A stretch of DNA of 35,295 nucleotides from Octopus bimaculoides (taxonomy: Eukaryota): positions 21,888,796 through 21,924,090 of the forward strand of contig NC_068997.1 of the NCBI RefSeq assembly GCF_001194135.2. Direction: 5' to 3'. The position numbers and the translations under genes are program-made. The notes below the pieces were generated by a model. It was not told the origin of the DNA, ran no database searches, and saw only the letters and a program-made list of their open reading frames with translations. Shown here piece by piece: positions 33,100 to 35,295 of the stretch. Within the stretch, counting starts at the first letter, position 1, and every line of letters begins with the position of its first letter.

Positions 33100-33269
33100 T
33101 AAGTATTTTTGTGTGGGTGTGCTCATAGAGCGTTTGTGTGTATGAATGTGCGTGTTTATGCGTTCGTTTATGTTTGTGTACATGTTTGTATACATACATA
33201 CATACATACATACAGAGAATTTATATAGAAATATCTGTATGAGAGTCTGTATGTTTATAAATGCATACG

Positions 33270-33302
<33 letters not shown>

Positions 33303-33381
33303 CCATATACACACACACATATATATATCCATGTACACATATATAGGCATATATACATATATATATATGCATATGTATATG

Positions 33382-33442
<61 letters not shown>

Positions 33443-33792
33443 NNNNNNNNNNNNNNNNNNNNNNNNNTTATATGTATATATGCGTATATATATATATATA
33501 TACATATATATATGCATATATGTGCGTATTTATATATATATGTATCTATATATATATTTGTGTGTATATATATATATATACATATATATACATACACATA
33601 TATATATACATACACATATATGTATATAATGACATCCCCTCCAAATACACACACTCACAAACACACACACAAACACACACACAAGAGCGTGAAAACTGGC
33701 ACATACATATATGTGCAGGCATGTATACAACGAGCGTATCCTCCTCCTAGTATTTCTCTCTCTCTCTCTCTTTCTCTATCTGTATGTATGTA

Positions 33793-33841
<49 letters not shown>
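33100..33841. repeat. Compound (TA)/(CA)/(TACA) low-complexity block with N gap
   Basis: Direct reading. Confidence 0.92.
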
Positions 33842-34468
33842 NNNNNNNNNNNNNNNNNNNNNNNNNNNNNNNNNNNNNNNNNNNNNNNNNNNNNNNNNNN
33901 NNNNNNNNNNNNNNNNNNNNNNNNNNNNNNNNNNNNNNNNNNNNNNNNNNNNNNNNNNNNNNNNNNNNNNNNNNNNNNNNNNNNNNNNNNNNNNNNNNNN
34001 NNNNNNNNNNNNNNNNNNNNNNNNNNNNNNNNNNNNNNNNNNNNNNNNNNNNNNNNNNNNNNNNNNNNNNNNNNNNNNNNNNNNNNNNNNNNNNNNNNNN
34101 NNNNNNNNNNNNNNNNNNNNNNNNNNNNNNNNNNNNNNNNNNNNNNNNNNNNNNNNNNNNNNNNNNNNNNNNNNNNNNNNNNNNNNNNNNNNNNNNNNNN
34201 NNNNNNNNNNNNNNNNNNNNNNNNNNNNNNNNNNNNNNNNNNNNNNNNNNNNNNNNNNNNNNNNNNNNNNNNNNNNNNNNNNNNNNNNNNNNNNNNNNNN
34301 NNNNNNNNNNNNNNNNNNNNNNNNNNNNNNNNNNNNNNNNNNNNNNNNNNNNNNAAATTAATGATGCAAAGCGCAATGAGAAAAGAATATATATATATAT
34401 ATATGTAAATATAGATATGTCCGTATATATATAGAATATATGTGAATATATAAAATAGTGATTTTTTA

Positions 34469-34470
34469 TT

Positions 34471-34530
<60 letters not shown>

Positions 34531-34607
34531 TACTACTTCTACTACTACTTCTACTAATACTGCAGCTGCTGCTGCTGCTACTACTACTATTACTTCTACA
34601 AGTAATA

Positions 34608-34651
<44 letters not shown>

Positions 34652-34668
34652 TGATGATGATGATGATG

Positions 34669-34707
<39 letters not shown>

Positions 34708-34734
34708 TTGATGGCATGCACTGCTCTCTCACTC

Positions 34735-34775
<41 letters not shown>

Positions 34776-34790
34776 TAATAATAATGTTAA
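34469..34790. repeat. Compound trinucleotide array (CTA)n-(CTG)n-(AAT)n-(GAT)n-(AAT)n with a 27-bp unique insert
   Basis: Direct reading; insert TTGATGGCATGCACTGCTCTCTCACTC at 34708-34734. Confidence 0.95.
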
Positions 34791-35260
34791 ATAATTATGA
34801 TAATAATTTCATTTAATGTGATGATACTGTATTGGATCACTTGAAAGTGAAAATAATTTAAATATTTTAATGCGTGCAATAAATAAATAAATAAATAAAT
34901 AAAACAAATAATAAAAATGAGAAAAAAAAAAGCAAGGGAAAGACATTCATTGAAATATGGCGATATACAAAAAGAAACGTAGTGCAGAATAAGGAGAGAA
35001 ACAGAGAGATAGGTGGAAAAAAACAAAGAGAGAAGGATAGCCAGATAGATAGATATAAAGAATGAGAGAGAGAGAGATTGAGAGAGATAGAGAGAAAGAG
35101 AGATTGAGAGAGAGAGAGTGAAAGTGAGAGAGAGAGAGAGTGGGGTAAACCGTTCATAGATGTGTAAATAGATAGACAGATGGATAGAGCAGTGGAATGA
35201 TGTTAGTTTTCTTATTAACACACACAGACTTACACATATACATAAACACACAAACTCAAA

Positions 35261-35295
<35 letters not shown>

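Noticed and set aside
17348-34434. Long ORFs of 200-390 aa containing X runs
   Set aside because: Their length comes from N gaps, which cannot contain stop codons.
248-35251. Most ORFs in the supplied track (poly-L/I/Y/D, CVCV, HTHT, SLSL, ERER, YIYI)
   Set aside because: They are translations of microsatellites and low-complexity DNA, not genes.

Overview
Repeat-saturated, AT-rich eukaryotic DNA from a draft assembly: about 3.7 kb of N in 14 gaps, most of them beside microsatellites. The SINE families and microsatellite load point to a coleoid cephalopod, most likely Octopus; this comes from recalled family sequences, not a database search. No intact protein-coding gene, rRNA, true tRNA or CRISPR array can be supported. 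Nearly all listed ORFs are translations of microsatellites or N runs. The window holds about 17 copies of one tRNA-derived SINE (family A), about 9 of a second (family B) and one full-length copy of a third (family C) with an 11-bp target-site duplication. Other mobile elements are a decayed hAT/Buster-type transposase fragment with its left TIR, a TA-flanked MITE family in two inverted copies, a probable RTE-like LINE 3' end with two C2H2 fingers, and smaller remnants. The most striking structure is a perfect 55-bp-arm palindrome at 25938-26099. A few weak exon candidates lie on both strands. I found no convincing new biological system; the interest lies in mobile-element architecture and possible dsRNA/editing substrates.
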